Positions 51,979 to 63,375 of a stretch of 64,000 nt of DNA are shown piece after piece. The stretch's first letter is position 1. Each line of letters starts with the position of its first letter. Origin of the DNA: Leucoraja erinacea (Eukaryota). Below the pieces are notes generated by a model. It was not told where the DNA came from, did not search any database, and saw only the letters and a list, made by a program, of their open reading frames with translations. Location: the NCBI RefSeq assembly GCF_028641065.1, contig NC_073400.1, positions 19,716,001 through 19,780,000 on the forward strand. The letters run 5' to 3'. The position numbers were made by a program, and so were the translations under genes.

Positions 51979-53193
51979 ATGGCAACTCAGGTAGGATTAG
52001 AGGATGACGAAGACCAAGATGATGGGGCTTTTGGTGACTGGACGTCAGTGTCTAGTCGGAGATCAGGGAGGAATCAAGGAGAAGGAGGAGTCAGGCAAAA
52101 CGAGCTCAGCCAAAGCAGCAAAAGGAGTTTTGAAGGGAACAGTTCAGAAGAGGATAGGAGAACAGTTCGGAAAAAGGTTGAAAGGAAGGAGGTTAAAATA
52201 ATTTTGAAATTTAGAAAGGAAGATGAGCATGTCAATTTAAGTCCGATAGCTTTATCCAGGGAGCTAAAGAAGAAGGTAGGAGAGGTGGAAACAGCTAAGA
52301 TTTTGAGAGACGGGAACTTGTTAATAATATGTAAAACGGAGGAGCAGAAAAATAAGGCTCTGAAGATTGAAAGTGTTTGCAAGAAGATGGTCAGTGAAAG
52401 AAAGACTCTGGGTGAGAGTAGAGTGACAAGGGGAGTAATAACAGGTATTCCTGTAGATGAAGACCTGGAGAAACTCAAACGGAGTATTTTTGGTGGCCAG
52501 GTGAGTGTAGCTAAGAGATTGTTAAGGACAGTGGAGGGTAAGAGGGTAGAGAGCTTGTCTGTGCTTCTGGAGTTTCAGCAGTCTGAACTACCAGAAAAAG
52601 TGAGAATCGGATGCATGAGCTTTCCAGTGAGGCCTTATATCCCTCCACCGCTCCGATGTTATAAATGCCAGAGGTATGGACATATAGCAGCGGTGTGTAA
52701 GGGGAAGCAGAGGTGTCCCAAGTGTGGAGGAGAGCATAGATTTGAAGAGTGCAGAGAAAATATGCAGGATAAATGCTGCAATTGCGGAGGACCGCACAGG
52801 GTAACGTATGGGGGATGTGAAGTCAGGAAGAGGGCTGTGGAGATTCAGCAAGTGAAAACAGTAAGTAACATAAGCTACTCAGAGGCAGTGAAGAAGGTGC
52901 AAGGACAAAGGGGAAGAGTGGATATAATTGGGAGAGAGAATCATCCGTTTTTGAGATTAGAGGAAAGTCAAGCAGTCAAAACTCACACAGAACTGACAGC
53001 TGATAAGCTTATTGTTTTCATTGCATATGTAATCAACTGTACTGATCAGGTTAAACACAAAACAGAAAAAATAAAAATCATTGTTAAGGGAGCAGAGAAG
53101 TTTTTGGGTTTAAAAGAAGTATCATGGGAGAGTATCAATAAAAAGCTTGAAGCAGATGGAAGGCAGGAAGGTTCTGGTGATAGGTCAAATTGA
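51979..53193 (+). CDS. ORF1 (gag-like, three CCHC zinc knuckles) of an I/Nimb-clade LINE
   Basis: Uninterrupted ORF from MATQVGL with CYKCQRYGHIAAVC, CPKCGGEHRFEEC and CCNCGGPHRVTYGGC. Confidence 0.92.
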   Translation: MATQVGLEDDEDQDDGAFGDWTSVSSRRSGRNQGEGGVRQNELSQSSKRSFEGNSSEEDRRTVRKKVERKEVKIILKFRKEDEHVNLSPIALSRELKKKVGEVETAKILRDGNLLIICKTEEQKNKALKIESVCKKMVSERKTLGESRVTRGVITGIPVDEDLEKLKRSIFGGQVSVAKRLLRTVEGKRVESLSVLLEFQQSELPEKVRIGCMSFPVRPYIPPPLRCYKCQRYGHIAAVCKGKQRCPKCGGEHRFEECRENMQDKCCNCGGPHRVTYGGCEVRKRAVEIQQVKTVSNISYSEAVKKVQGQRGRVDIIGRENHPFLRLEESQAVKTHTELTADKLIVFIAYVINCTDQVKHKTEKIKIIVKGAEKFLGLKEVSWESINKKLEADGRQEGSGDRSN

Positions 53194-56100
53194 TTATATT
53201 ACAATGGAACGCAAGGAGCATAATAGCAAATGGACAAGAGTTTAAAGGATTCATTAAAGAGTTAAAGAAGAAACCAGAAGTCATATGTATTCAAGAAACC
53301 TGGCTTAAGCCTTCATTAGACTTTGTCATCAAAGGTTATGATAGTATCCGTAGAGATAGGGGGGAGGGGAGTGGAGGGGGGTGTGTAATATTTATAAAGC
53401 AAGGAATACAGTATAGATTGTTGGTGAAAGGAACAGAATTAGAATATTTAGTGGTTGAAATTTGGACAAGAGAAGGTAAGGTTAAAATTGTTAATTTTTA
53501 TAAACCGTGTAAAAGGCTTTCGATGGAGTTGATGGACGAACTTGCTGGGTATTTAGGGGGGAAAGTTATATGTTGTGGAGATTTTAATGCTCATAGCACG
53601 TTGTGGGATGATTCTAATGATGAAAAATGGGATGGTGATTGAGGATTTAATGGAGAATAAAAACCTTGTGTGTCTTAATGATGGAAGTGGGACACGAATC
53701 AACATCAGAACAGGGTCAGAATCAGCCATAGACCTCACACTAGTGTCAGACTCATTGGCGGGTGTTTGTTCATGGGAAGTAATTCGAAGAACAACGGTAG
53801 GAAGTGACCACTACCCGATAGAAATAGTAGTAGGAGTGAGTTTAGAGGAGTATAATACAGAGAGAATACAGAAGTGGTCTTTTAGTGGTGCTGATTGGGA
53901 GAAGTTTAAGATTATTAGTGATCAAGAAATGGAGAAAATTGATATTTATGAAGATGTGGATAATTTAAATATTTCTGTTTGTGAAGCCATTTTAGAGGCA
54001 GCAACAAAGTCCATTAAGAAGAAAGGAGGTAAGCACAACAAGAAGAGTGTACCATGGTGGACTAAGGAGTGTGACAAAGCAATTAAGTGTCGAAATAAAG
54101 CTTTTAAAATTTTGAAAAGAAATCACAATTTTCAGAATCTTATTGAATACAAAAGGTTGCAAGCAAGTGTAAGAAGAGTAATAAAAAATGCAAAGAGGGA
54201 ATTTTGGAGGACATTTTGTAACTCAGTGGGAAGGGAGACAAAAGTAGGTCAAGTTTGGGGAATGATAAGGAGAATGAAAGGAATTAAAAGAGAATACAAA
54301 TATCCAATCCTAACTGACGGTGAAATTACAGCAGTGAAAGATGAAGAGAAAGCAGAGATGTTGGCAAAATCTTTTGCTAAAATTCACAGTTCAGACAATG
54401 TTAGTGAAGAAGGAAGAAAAGGAAAAGAAAATACTATAGCAGAGAATATACAGTTAATACGACATGAGGAAGACACTAACGATGTTCTTAACAAACCATT
54501 CACAAAGACAGAATTCAACCGAGCTCTTAGAAAAACCAAGATGTCAGCACCAGGTAAAGATCAGATTTGTTACACCATGTTAAACCATCTCAGTGAAACA
54601 TCCAAGGATTTTTTGTTAGAATTTTATAATAAAGTGTGGGAGGGTGGGAAATTACCGCAAAGCTGGAAGGAGGCAGTAGTAATCCCAATAGGAAAGCCAG
54701 GTAAAGATCTGACAAACCCAGGGAATTATAGGCCTATTGCGTTAACATCCAACATATGTAAAGTAATGGAAAAAATGGTAAATGAAAGGTTAACATATTA
54801 TGTAGAAAATAAAGGATATTTATCCAATTACCAGAGTGGTTTTAGGAAGGGGAGAAACACCATGGATCCAGCTATATGTTTAGAACATGAAATTAGGAGA
54901 GCACAAATTAACAGAGAAAGTGTAGTAGCTGTATTTTTTGATATTGAGAAAGCATATGATATGATGTGGGGAGAAGGGTTATTAGTGAAACTAGGTAAAT
55001 TGGGGATTAAAGGTCGTATATTTAAATGGATTAAGGATTTTTTATTTGGGAGGTCAATACAAGTACGAGTTGGAAATCAATACTCAGGAACATTAGATAT
55101 TGAAAATGGAACACCTCAAGGGAGCATAATAAGTCCTTTACTATTTTTAGTAATGATAAATGATGTATATGAAGAAATTGTAAATGAAATGGGAGTTTCA
55201 CTGTTTGCGGATGATGGGGCAATCTGGAAAAGGGGGAGAAATGTGAAGTTTATTGTGCAGAAACTACAGAGGGCTATAATAAAGGTACAAGAGTGGTCAT
55301 ATAAATGGGGATTCAAATTTTCTGTGGAAAAGACAAAGATAATGTTTTTTACTAGGAAGAAAATTGGTAGTGAGGTTAAAACTAAAATTATATAACCAGG
55401 AATTGGAGAGAGTAAAATACTATAAATTTTTAGGTTTATGGTTTGATGAGAGGATTACATGGATGGTTCATATTCAGAAAGTAGTGGACAAATGTAAGAA
55501 GATACTTAATGTAATGAGATGTTTAGTTGGATGTGATTGGGGGGCAGATAGAACAGCTTTGAAGGCTATATACACTGGGTTAATTAGATCTGTGTTAGAT
55601 TATGGTTGTGTGGTGTATGGGTCCGCATCAAGTACTTCTCTTAAGAAAATAGACAACATTCAATATCAGGCATTGAGAATATGTACAGGTGCAATAAAAA
55701 CAACTCCAACAGCAGCATTACAGGTTGAAATGGGGGAGATGCCTCTAGAGATGAGAAGGATACAGCTTTCATTGAATTACTGGATTAACCTACAGGGCCA
55801 CAGTCAAGAACACCCAGCACAAGTTACTGTCAAACCATGCTGGGAAAAGGAGAGAAGGGAAACAAAAAGTTTTGGATGGACAGTGACCCAGAGAGCATTA
55901 CAAATCAGCATAGCACAATTAAATGTGGTTCCAACGGTTCCATTACCTTCAATTCCACCTTGGATACTTCCAGATGCAACAGTAGACTTTACAATATTAG
56001 AACAGAAAAACAAGGATAAACAACATATGTATAATTCATTCATCATACAGGAATACATTGACAGATACTACAGTTTTGTCCAAATTTATACAGATGCATC

Positions 56101-56932
56101 AAAAGATTCAGTAGATAAAGTAGGAGTAGCATTTATTGTACCAGAATTTCACATCAAAGTAGGGAAGAGGATCAATAATGAAGTCTCAGTATACACAGGT
56201 GAAATGATTGCAATATTGTTAGCGGTACAGTGGGTCGAGGATACTAGGCCTTTAAGGACAGTTATTTGTTCAGATTCAAGTTTAGCAATAAAGAGTTTAC
56301 AGCACAGCCATTCAGACAGTAGACCAGACATTTTGATTGAAATACAACAAACACTATTCAGAATTCAAATGATGGGGCTTACAGTCATATTTTTATGGGT
56401 ACCAGCACACATTGGCATTAGAGGAAACGAAATGGCAGATAAGGTAGCAAAAGAGGTAACAAAAAGAAGTAAGATTGATTTAAGTATTAACATAGGTAAA
56501 ACTGAAATCAAAGACATTATTAAGCAAAGACTGAAGGAAAGATGGCAAAAGCAATGGGAGGAAGAGCGGAAAGGACGGTGGTTCTACAGAGTCCAGAGGA
56601 AAGTGGGAGAAATGAGATGTGCAGGAAAAAACAGAAAAGAGGAGACAGTAATTTCAAGAATTAGATTTGGACACACTGGTCTGAACAGTACACTTTTTAT
56701 AATAGGCAAGCATAATACAGGCAGATGTGAATACTGTGGGCAAGAAGAGACAATAGAGCATGTCATTGTACATTGTGAGAGGTATGAGGAGGAGAGAGGA
56801 CGGATGAGTGAGCAGTTCAGAAAAGAAAGAGTACAATTTGATTTGATAGATATTTTGCAAGGGAGTTCATATAAGTGCTATCAAATCCTGTTGCTTTTTC
56901 TTAGGGTAACCAATTTGTTCAGAAGGATATAG
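53190..56932 (+). pseudogene. ORF2 (APE endonuclease-RT-RNase H-CCHC) of an I/Nimb-clade LINE, with two single-base frameshifts (~53625 and ~55380)
   Basis: ILQWNARS, CIQETWL, GDFNAH, SDHYPI (APE); YRPIALTS, GTPQGS, LFADD (RT); IYTDASK, ICSDS, WVPAHIGIRGNEMADK (RNase H); CEYCGQEETIEHVIVHC. Confidence 0.93.
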
Positions 56933-58877
56933 GTTATTAGTATATGTAATGGTGTTGTTTGATCCACACTCCATGCCAACATGTAGATGCTAGTATATCA
57001 TTGAGGTTATCAAGTGAGCATCTCCCTTCACTAGTGTTTCATTGAGTTAGGCCCATGACACCTCAGGAAGATGTAACAGAACCATCTGCCTCAATACACG
57101 GTCTTACCAACTATGATGCCAGTACTAAGCAACCAAGTATGTAAATATCTACTAAGTAAAATAAACTACAGATGATTGATTCAGGACTCAAACAAATGCT
57201 AAACACGCATGGCCTGTCTTACATTTATCCCAATCCTCCATCAAACAATCGTAACGCTACTAATATCAACCTCATATAAAACCGAAGGAATACACTTACC
57301 ATGCATTATGCATTTCAAGCGTTGCCCTCCCTTGTAGAATCTATATATTGCCCAAGGAAACTTTCCTGGATCATATTTAACAAATACCAATGGCACTATG
57401 ACATTCCCGGTCTATATTGGGAAGGTTAAAATTCCCGACTATGACAATCTTATTAGCCTTACAGCTGCCTGAAAATTCTCATCATGTTTGTTCTTCTAAT
57501 TTCCTTTGACTATTTGGGGACCTAAAATAAACTCTCAACAAACTCTCAAACTTCCCCATTTTAATTATTTTACTTCTCAGCTCCACCCTTATAGCCTCAC
57601 TGGGTGAACTATCAGTAACATAATCTGGACTGCTGTTGTGACATTCTCTTTAAACAATAAAGCAAACCTACCCCCATTAGCATGTGCCATTAGGGGTAAT
57701 CGGGAGATTATGCCTTGGAGGTCCTGGTGTTTGCCCTTTTGCTTAATTCCCTATATTCATTTTGCAGGACTTCATCCCTTTTTCTGCCTATGAAATTTGT
57801 GCCAACAGGCACACAACTTCTGGCTGCTCCCCCTCCCCCTTGACAATGCCATGTAACCACTCAGACATGTTGGACTCTGGCACCAGGGAGGCCACACACC
57901 ATCTTGTAGTCTCAATTGCTGCCACAAATTCCCCTGTGCGCCCCTCATAACTAACGAGTCATCTACCACGACAGCTCTAACGGCTGCATTTTGAAACCTC
58001 CCTTTGTTCTCCCACTGCAATTGATTTACTCAGCCAATCCAGTGCCTGCCTTTTAATATCTGGGCAGGAACGTGTTGAACAAGTGGAACAGAAACTATGC
58101 ATGTTTCTGGACAGGGAGAGGGCTCTGAAGAGTGGTTTGCGCAGTGCTCAGTTCCCTGTGGACATGATAGAAAATCACAGTAACCCAGAGAACATGGGGT
58201 TCACCACATCTGCATGTAACATCACCCAGTCATCAGTCCAAACTGTGCATCTCCGGCTGGGATCCACACAATGCACCATTCTAGTGCAAGGCTGGACATT
58301 GGCCTCAGATCTGTCACAGATGGATACAGGATGGTTGCAGCACAGGACACTGCTTGGCTCCTCCAGCCTGTACCAACTGCATATAGACAAGGAGAGAAAC
58401 AGAGAGTCACTGCAACAAATACAGTTAGAGGGAAACGCATAGATAGAGGAAGAAAGATGCAGAGAGATAGAGGAGATGCATTAATATTGAGAAAGTGAGA
58501 CACAAAAAGATTTGAGACAATTACATAGATTGTAAGGGAGGATGTACCGAAATTAAGAGAGAAGAGCAGAGAAACTGACAGAGATACACAGAGATTGTAG
58601 AAGGGAGGTTCACAGAAATTGAGAAAGGAGATGAGAGAGAGAGAGAGAGAGAGGCAAACTCAGATTAAAAGCGTGACACTGTGAGAGTGAGATACAAAGA
58701 GATTGAGAGAGGAAGACGCTGAGAAAGAAGGGTGGAGACTGACGGAGAGACACATGGAGAAAGATCCAGGGCAACTACAGGTGAGAATAAGAGGGATGGA
58801 TGGAGACCTATATTGGAACAGACAGACCGGCTAAATTAAAGGAAGAGTGATGTTGGCAGAGAGATTAAGTGAGAGAG

Positions 58878-61800
58878 AAAATAGGTGCAAGAGTAGGCCA
58901 TTCAGCCCTTTGAGCCAGCACAGCTATTCTATATGATCATGGCTGATCATCCAAAATCAGTACCCCGTTCTGGCGTTTACCGCATATCCCTTGATTCCCT
59001 TAGCCCTAAGACTTAATCTAACTCACTCTTGAAAACATCCAGTGAATTGGCCTCCGCTGCCTTCTATGGCAGAGAATTCCACAGATTCACAACTCACTGG
59101 GTGAAAAAAGTTTTCCGCATCTCAGTCCTAAATGGTCTACCCCTTATTCTTAAACTGTGACCCCTGATTCTGGACTCCCTCTACATCGGAAACATTTTAC
59201 CTGCATCTACCCTGTCCAATCCTCTAAGAGTTTTATATGTTTCTATAAGATTCCCTCTAGCGAATAGAAGCCCAGTCGACCCATTCTTTCATCATACGTC
59301 AGTACCGCCCTCCCGGGAATTAACCTGGTGAACCTACGTTGCACTCCCTTAATAGCAATAATGTCCTTCCTCAAATGAGGAAACCAAAATTGCATACAAT
59401 ACTCCAGGCGTGGTCTCACCGAGGGCCTGTACAACTACAGTTGGACCTCCATGCTCCTAAACGCAAATCCTCTCATAACTAATTGAAAAATTCCGGAAGT
59501 GGAGGCGCTGTCAAGCTGCTGCGGCTCGCCTGCAGTCTGTCTGTCTTTTCTTTTTTTTGTTTTCTTTTGTCTTGTTAGATGCATGTTTTAGTTTATTTTT
59601 AGTTGTGTATGTGTGGGGGGTGGGGGAAACTTTTTTAAAACCTCTTCCTTCAACGGGGATGTGACCTTTTCCTTTTCGTATCTCCGTCTCCGTCTGCGCT
59701 GATCTCCGGTAAAATAGTTTGAATGACAATGACAATAAGGAAATTCAATACAATATGCCATTGGCTTTCTTCATAGCCTGTTGTAGCTGCACGCTTTCAG
59801 TGACTGATGTACAAGCACACCCAGGTCTTGTTGCACCCTCCCCACCCCCCCACCCCCACTTCTCCTAATCTGACACCATTCAGATAATAATCTGCCTTCC
59901 TGTTCTTGCCACCAAAATGGATAACCTCACATTAATCCACATTATACTGCATCTGCCATGCTTCTGCTCACTCATCCAACCTATCCAAGTCACCCTGAGC
60001 CTCATAGCATCCTCCTCGTAGCTCACAATGCCACCAAGCTTTGTGTTATCTGCAAACGTAGAGATGTTACATTTAATTCCCTTGTCTAAATCGTTAATCT
60101 ATATTACTAAAAGTCTGTTCTTGACCGGTTTTGGCCATCTGTGCTGCAATTTCCGAGAGAACGCCACCACCTACGGCCGTCATTTTTGGCCACCTTGCTC
60201 AGAGCGCCCCTCCGCCATATGTGTGCCGAGGATTTTTCCCATCGATGAAAAATGACAGAGATATTAATGATTTTACAAAATTCCCCATTCTCTCTGCTGC
60301 CCCTGCTGGCGGCAGGGGGGAGGGACTATAAAACCAGGAAGTGGTGTGCCTCAATCAGTGTCTGCAAGCTGGAAGAAGGCAGAGGGTCACGTTTCTCTGA
60401 ACTGTGAATAACACTGAACACATGTCTACTCAAACGTAAGTGGCCTTAATGGTTCTAAAACGCTTGCAGAATGTGTCTATTGGTTCTAAAATGTTTGCAA
60501 AAAGTGTTTATTGGTTCTAAAATGTTTGCAAAAAGTGTCTCTTTTTTGGTTCTACAATGCTTGCAGAATGTGTCTTTTTTGGTTCTAAAATGTTTTTTAG
60601 GTTCTCCCCCCCCCCCCCCCTCTCCTCTCCCCCCCCTCCCCCTCCCCCCCCCTCCTCTCTCTCCCCCCTCCTCCTCTCCCCCCCCCCCTCTCCTCTCCAC
60701 CCCCCCCTCTCCTCTCCCCCCCTCCTCCTCCTCCTCCCCCCCTTTTTTCTCCCCCTCCATCCCCATCCCCTCACCCACCATCCTTCCCCTAAACCCCCTC
60801 CCCTCCACACACCCCTACCCCCTTCCCTCCACCCGTCCCTGCTCCCCCCCTCTCACCCTCCCCTTTCAGCACACCCCCTCTTTCCCCCTCCCCCCTCCCT
60901 CTCCCTCCTCCCTCCTCTCCTCCCCTCCCCCTCCCCCTCTCTCTCTCCCCACCCCCCCTCTCCCCTCCACTACCCCCCACCTCTCCCCCCCCTCCCCTCC
61001 CCTTAAACCCCCTCCCCTCCACACTCTCTACCCTCTTCCCTCCCCCCTACCTCCCCCTCCCTGCTCCCCACCTCTCCCCCTCACCCCCCTCTCAGCACAC
61101 CCCCTCTATCTCCCCCTCATTCTCACCCTCTCCTCCCCTCCTTCCTCCCCCCCTTCCCTCTTCTCCTCCGCTCCACCCCCCTCTCCCTCTTGCCCCTCTC
61201 TCTGTGTCTCTGTCTCTGCCCCTTCTCTCTCTGCCCTCACTCTCTACACCCGCCCCCTCCCCCCCTCTCTAGGTGTGACTGCAAGTTGGGGGCTATGCGT
61301 CAGTAGATAAGGTGTTTATGGGGTAAAAGGAGCAAATTAATAATATTAATATAATATCAAGGGGGGTAATTAGCGTGAGTGCGGGGGAGATAGTTAGTGT
61401 GTGTGACGCTGCATGCCGCCTACACCCACAGTCTAGTATATATTGTAAACAATGGGAGTCCCAACACCGAGCCTTGCGACATCCCACTAGTCACTGCCTG
61501 CCATTCTGAAAAGGACCCGTTAATGCCTACTCTTTGCTTCCTGTCTGCCAATCCGTTCTCTACCCATGTCAACCATGTCAATACCTTACCCCCAATACCA
61601 TGTGCTGTACGTTTGCGCAGTAATCTCTTGTGTGGGAACTTTTCAAAGGCTTTTTCAAAGTCCAGATGCACCACATCCAGTGGCTCTCCCTTATACATTC
61701 AATTTGTTACCTCGTCAAAAAATTTCAAAAGATTAGTCAAACATGATATCCCCTTCATAAATCCATGCTGACTTTGACCGATCCCGTCACTGTTTTCCAT

Positions 61801-61890
61801 ATGCGCTGCTATAACATCTTTTATAATCGACTCCAGCTCTATTCCCCACTACCGATGTAAGGCTAACTGGTTTATAATTCCCCCTTTTCT
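58878..61890 (-). mobile_element. CR1 LINE interrupted by a repeat head (~59480-59750) and a Helitron
   Basis: RPRLEYCMQFW and LDVVHLDFEKAFEKFPHKRLL peptides. The sequence is contiguous across the Helitron (aaatcgttaa|tatatattgtaaac). Confidence 0.9.
60098..61436 (+). mobile_element. Non-autonomous Helitron with internal tandem repeats and a C-rich low-complexity tract
   Basis: 5'-TC (TCTATATTACTAAAAG) and 3'-CTAG termini, inserted between A and T of a CR1 with no TSD. ggttctaaaa repeats at 60450-60605; C-rich tract at 60605-61270. Confidence 0.85.
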
Positions 61891-61992
61891 CACTCACTGG
61901 AAAGTGGAGTTACATTGGCTGCACTGCAGTACACAGGAAAAGAGAGGGAGAGAGAGGAGAGAGAGAGAGAGAGAGAGAGGAGAGGATGAAGA

Positions 61993-62193
61993 NNNNNNNN
62001 NNNNNNNNNNNNNNNNNNNNNNNNNNNNNNNNNNNNNNNNNNNNNNNNNNNNNNNNNNNNNNNNNNNNNNNNNNNNNNNNNNNNNNNNNNNNNNNNNNNN
62101 NNNNNNNNNNNNNNNNNNNNNNNNNNNNNNNNNNNNNNNNNNNNNNNNNNNNNNNNNNNNNNNNNNNNNNNNNNNNNNNNNNNNNNNNNNNNN
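61993..62193. other. Assembly gap (~200 N)
   Basis: Run of N next to a (GA)n tract. Confidence 1.
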
Positions 62194-62526
62194 GGACTGT
62201 GTGCGGATGTGTGCATGGAGAGGTACATGCAACGATGTAGAGAGAGTCACATATGTAGAGAGTTATAATAATACGGTCCATGAGACAGAGATCAACTGAT
62301 GCATAGAGACTGGGATAGAGATTCTAATTAAAACAAAATGAAAAAGCAAACAAGTCAGAATGTTGGTACGGAAGAGGTCAGTGCAATGTGTTTCTTCTCT
62401 GTATGTATCCTCTGTCACATGCAGAACATGCTGCCTATTACCCTATCACAGGCGGGTCTGAGGAGGAGTCAGTTCCTGATCTTTTCACTTATTTTAAATC
62501 TCGCATCGCTGAAACATCACTTCAAG

Positions 62527-62593
62527 ATGTGGCACTTTTCTTTGAGGAGGATCCCCTTCCTACTCTGTGCATCCCTCATCGCCGTCTTTGTAG
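62527..62593 (+). CDS. Probable gene C exon 1 coding part: signal peptide MWHFSLRRIPFLLCASLIAVFV(x); likely a third family member running off the window
   Basis: AAGATG start context as in gene A, hydrophobic core, phase-1 donor G|GTAAGT. Followed by a pyrimidine tract and the family intron-1 element, as in genes A and B. Family assignment is indirect. Confidence 0.7.
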
Positions 62594-63097
62594 GTAAGTA
62601 CAGATATTAATGATCAACTCTGGTTATCGATGGGTATGAGGATTGTGCAGGTTTTCCAACCCATTCAACCCATTGTGGTAATTTCCTGGCTTCATGCTAG
62701 CCCAAATGCTGCCACACTGTCATAAAGGTGGGACACACTGGTCTCTCATTCGGTCCATCTCTCTGTCATTCACAGCCCCTCTTCCATTCTGCTGATGTTA
62801 TCTTTCTTTATCTCTCTCTCTATCGAAACACTCCTTCTCTCACTGACCCTATTTCTGTGCCTCTTTCTCCAGTTCTGTCACTTTCTGCTGGTTCCTGACA
62901 TCTCTACAAACCTCTCTGTAGTTAACATTGTATTGCCATTTGTGCCTCGCTATCTCTCTCCCTCCCTCCCTCCCTCCCTCCCTCCCTTCAACAACCTCCC
63001 GCCCTCCACCCATTCCACTACTCTCGCTTTACATCCGCAGTCCAGCTCTATTTTTCACTTCACATACTTCTTGTTCAGCAAAGTGTTCTGAGCCTGA

Positions 63098-63250
63098 ACC
63101 ACTTCCTGCCACCATTTGATGCAATGTTTGACCAAACACCCTCCCTATCAGAACCAGCTCATTGCACCCTGACAGCAGCTTCTGACTTCTACAGGGCTCT
63201 GGGCATTCAGACTATGAGCTCTGATGGATAACAGTAATGAACCCCAACTC
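63098..63250. promoter_or_regulatory. Conserved intron-1 element, gene C copy
   Basis: aaccacttcctgccaccatttgatgcaatgtttgaccaaaca...gggctctgggcattcag...gatggat is homologous to 9488-9635, 39185-39290 and 40358-40489. Confidence 0.55.
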
Positions 63251-63340
63251 CAAGTGAGATGTCTAATAACAGAATGGCACAACACAGCAGAGACAGTTCC
63301 TTGCACACACACAAATGGAGGAGGAGGAGGGGGAAGATGA

Positions 63341-63375
<35 letters not shown>

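Noticed and set aside
60455-61310. Long Pro-rich and Gly-rich ORFs (up to 279 aa)
   Set aside because: They are translations of the C-rich low-complexity tract inside the Helitron and have no splice or domain support.
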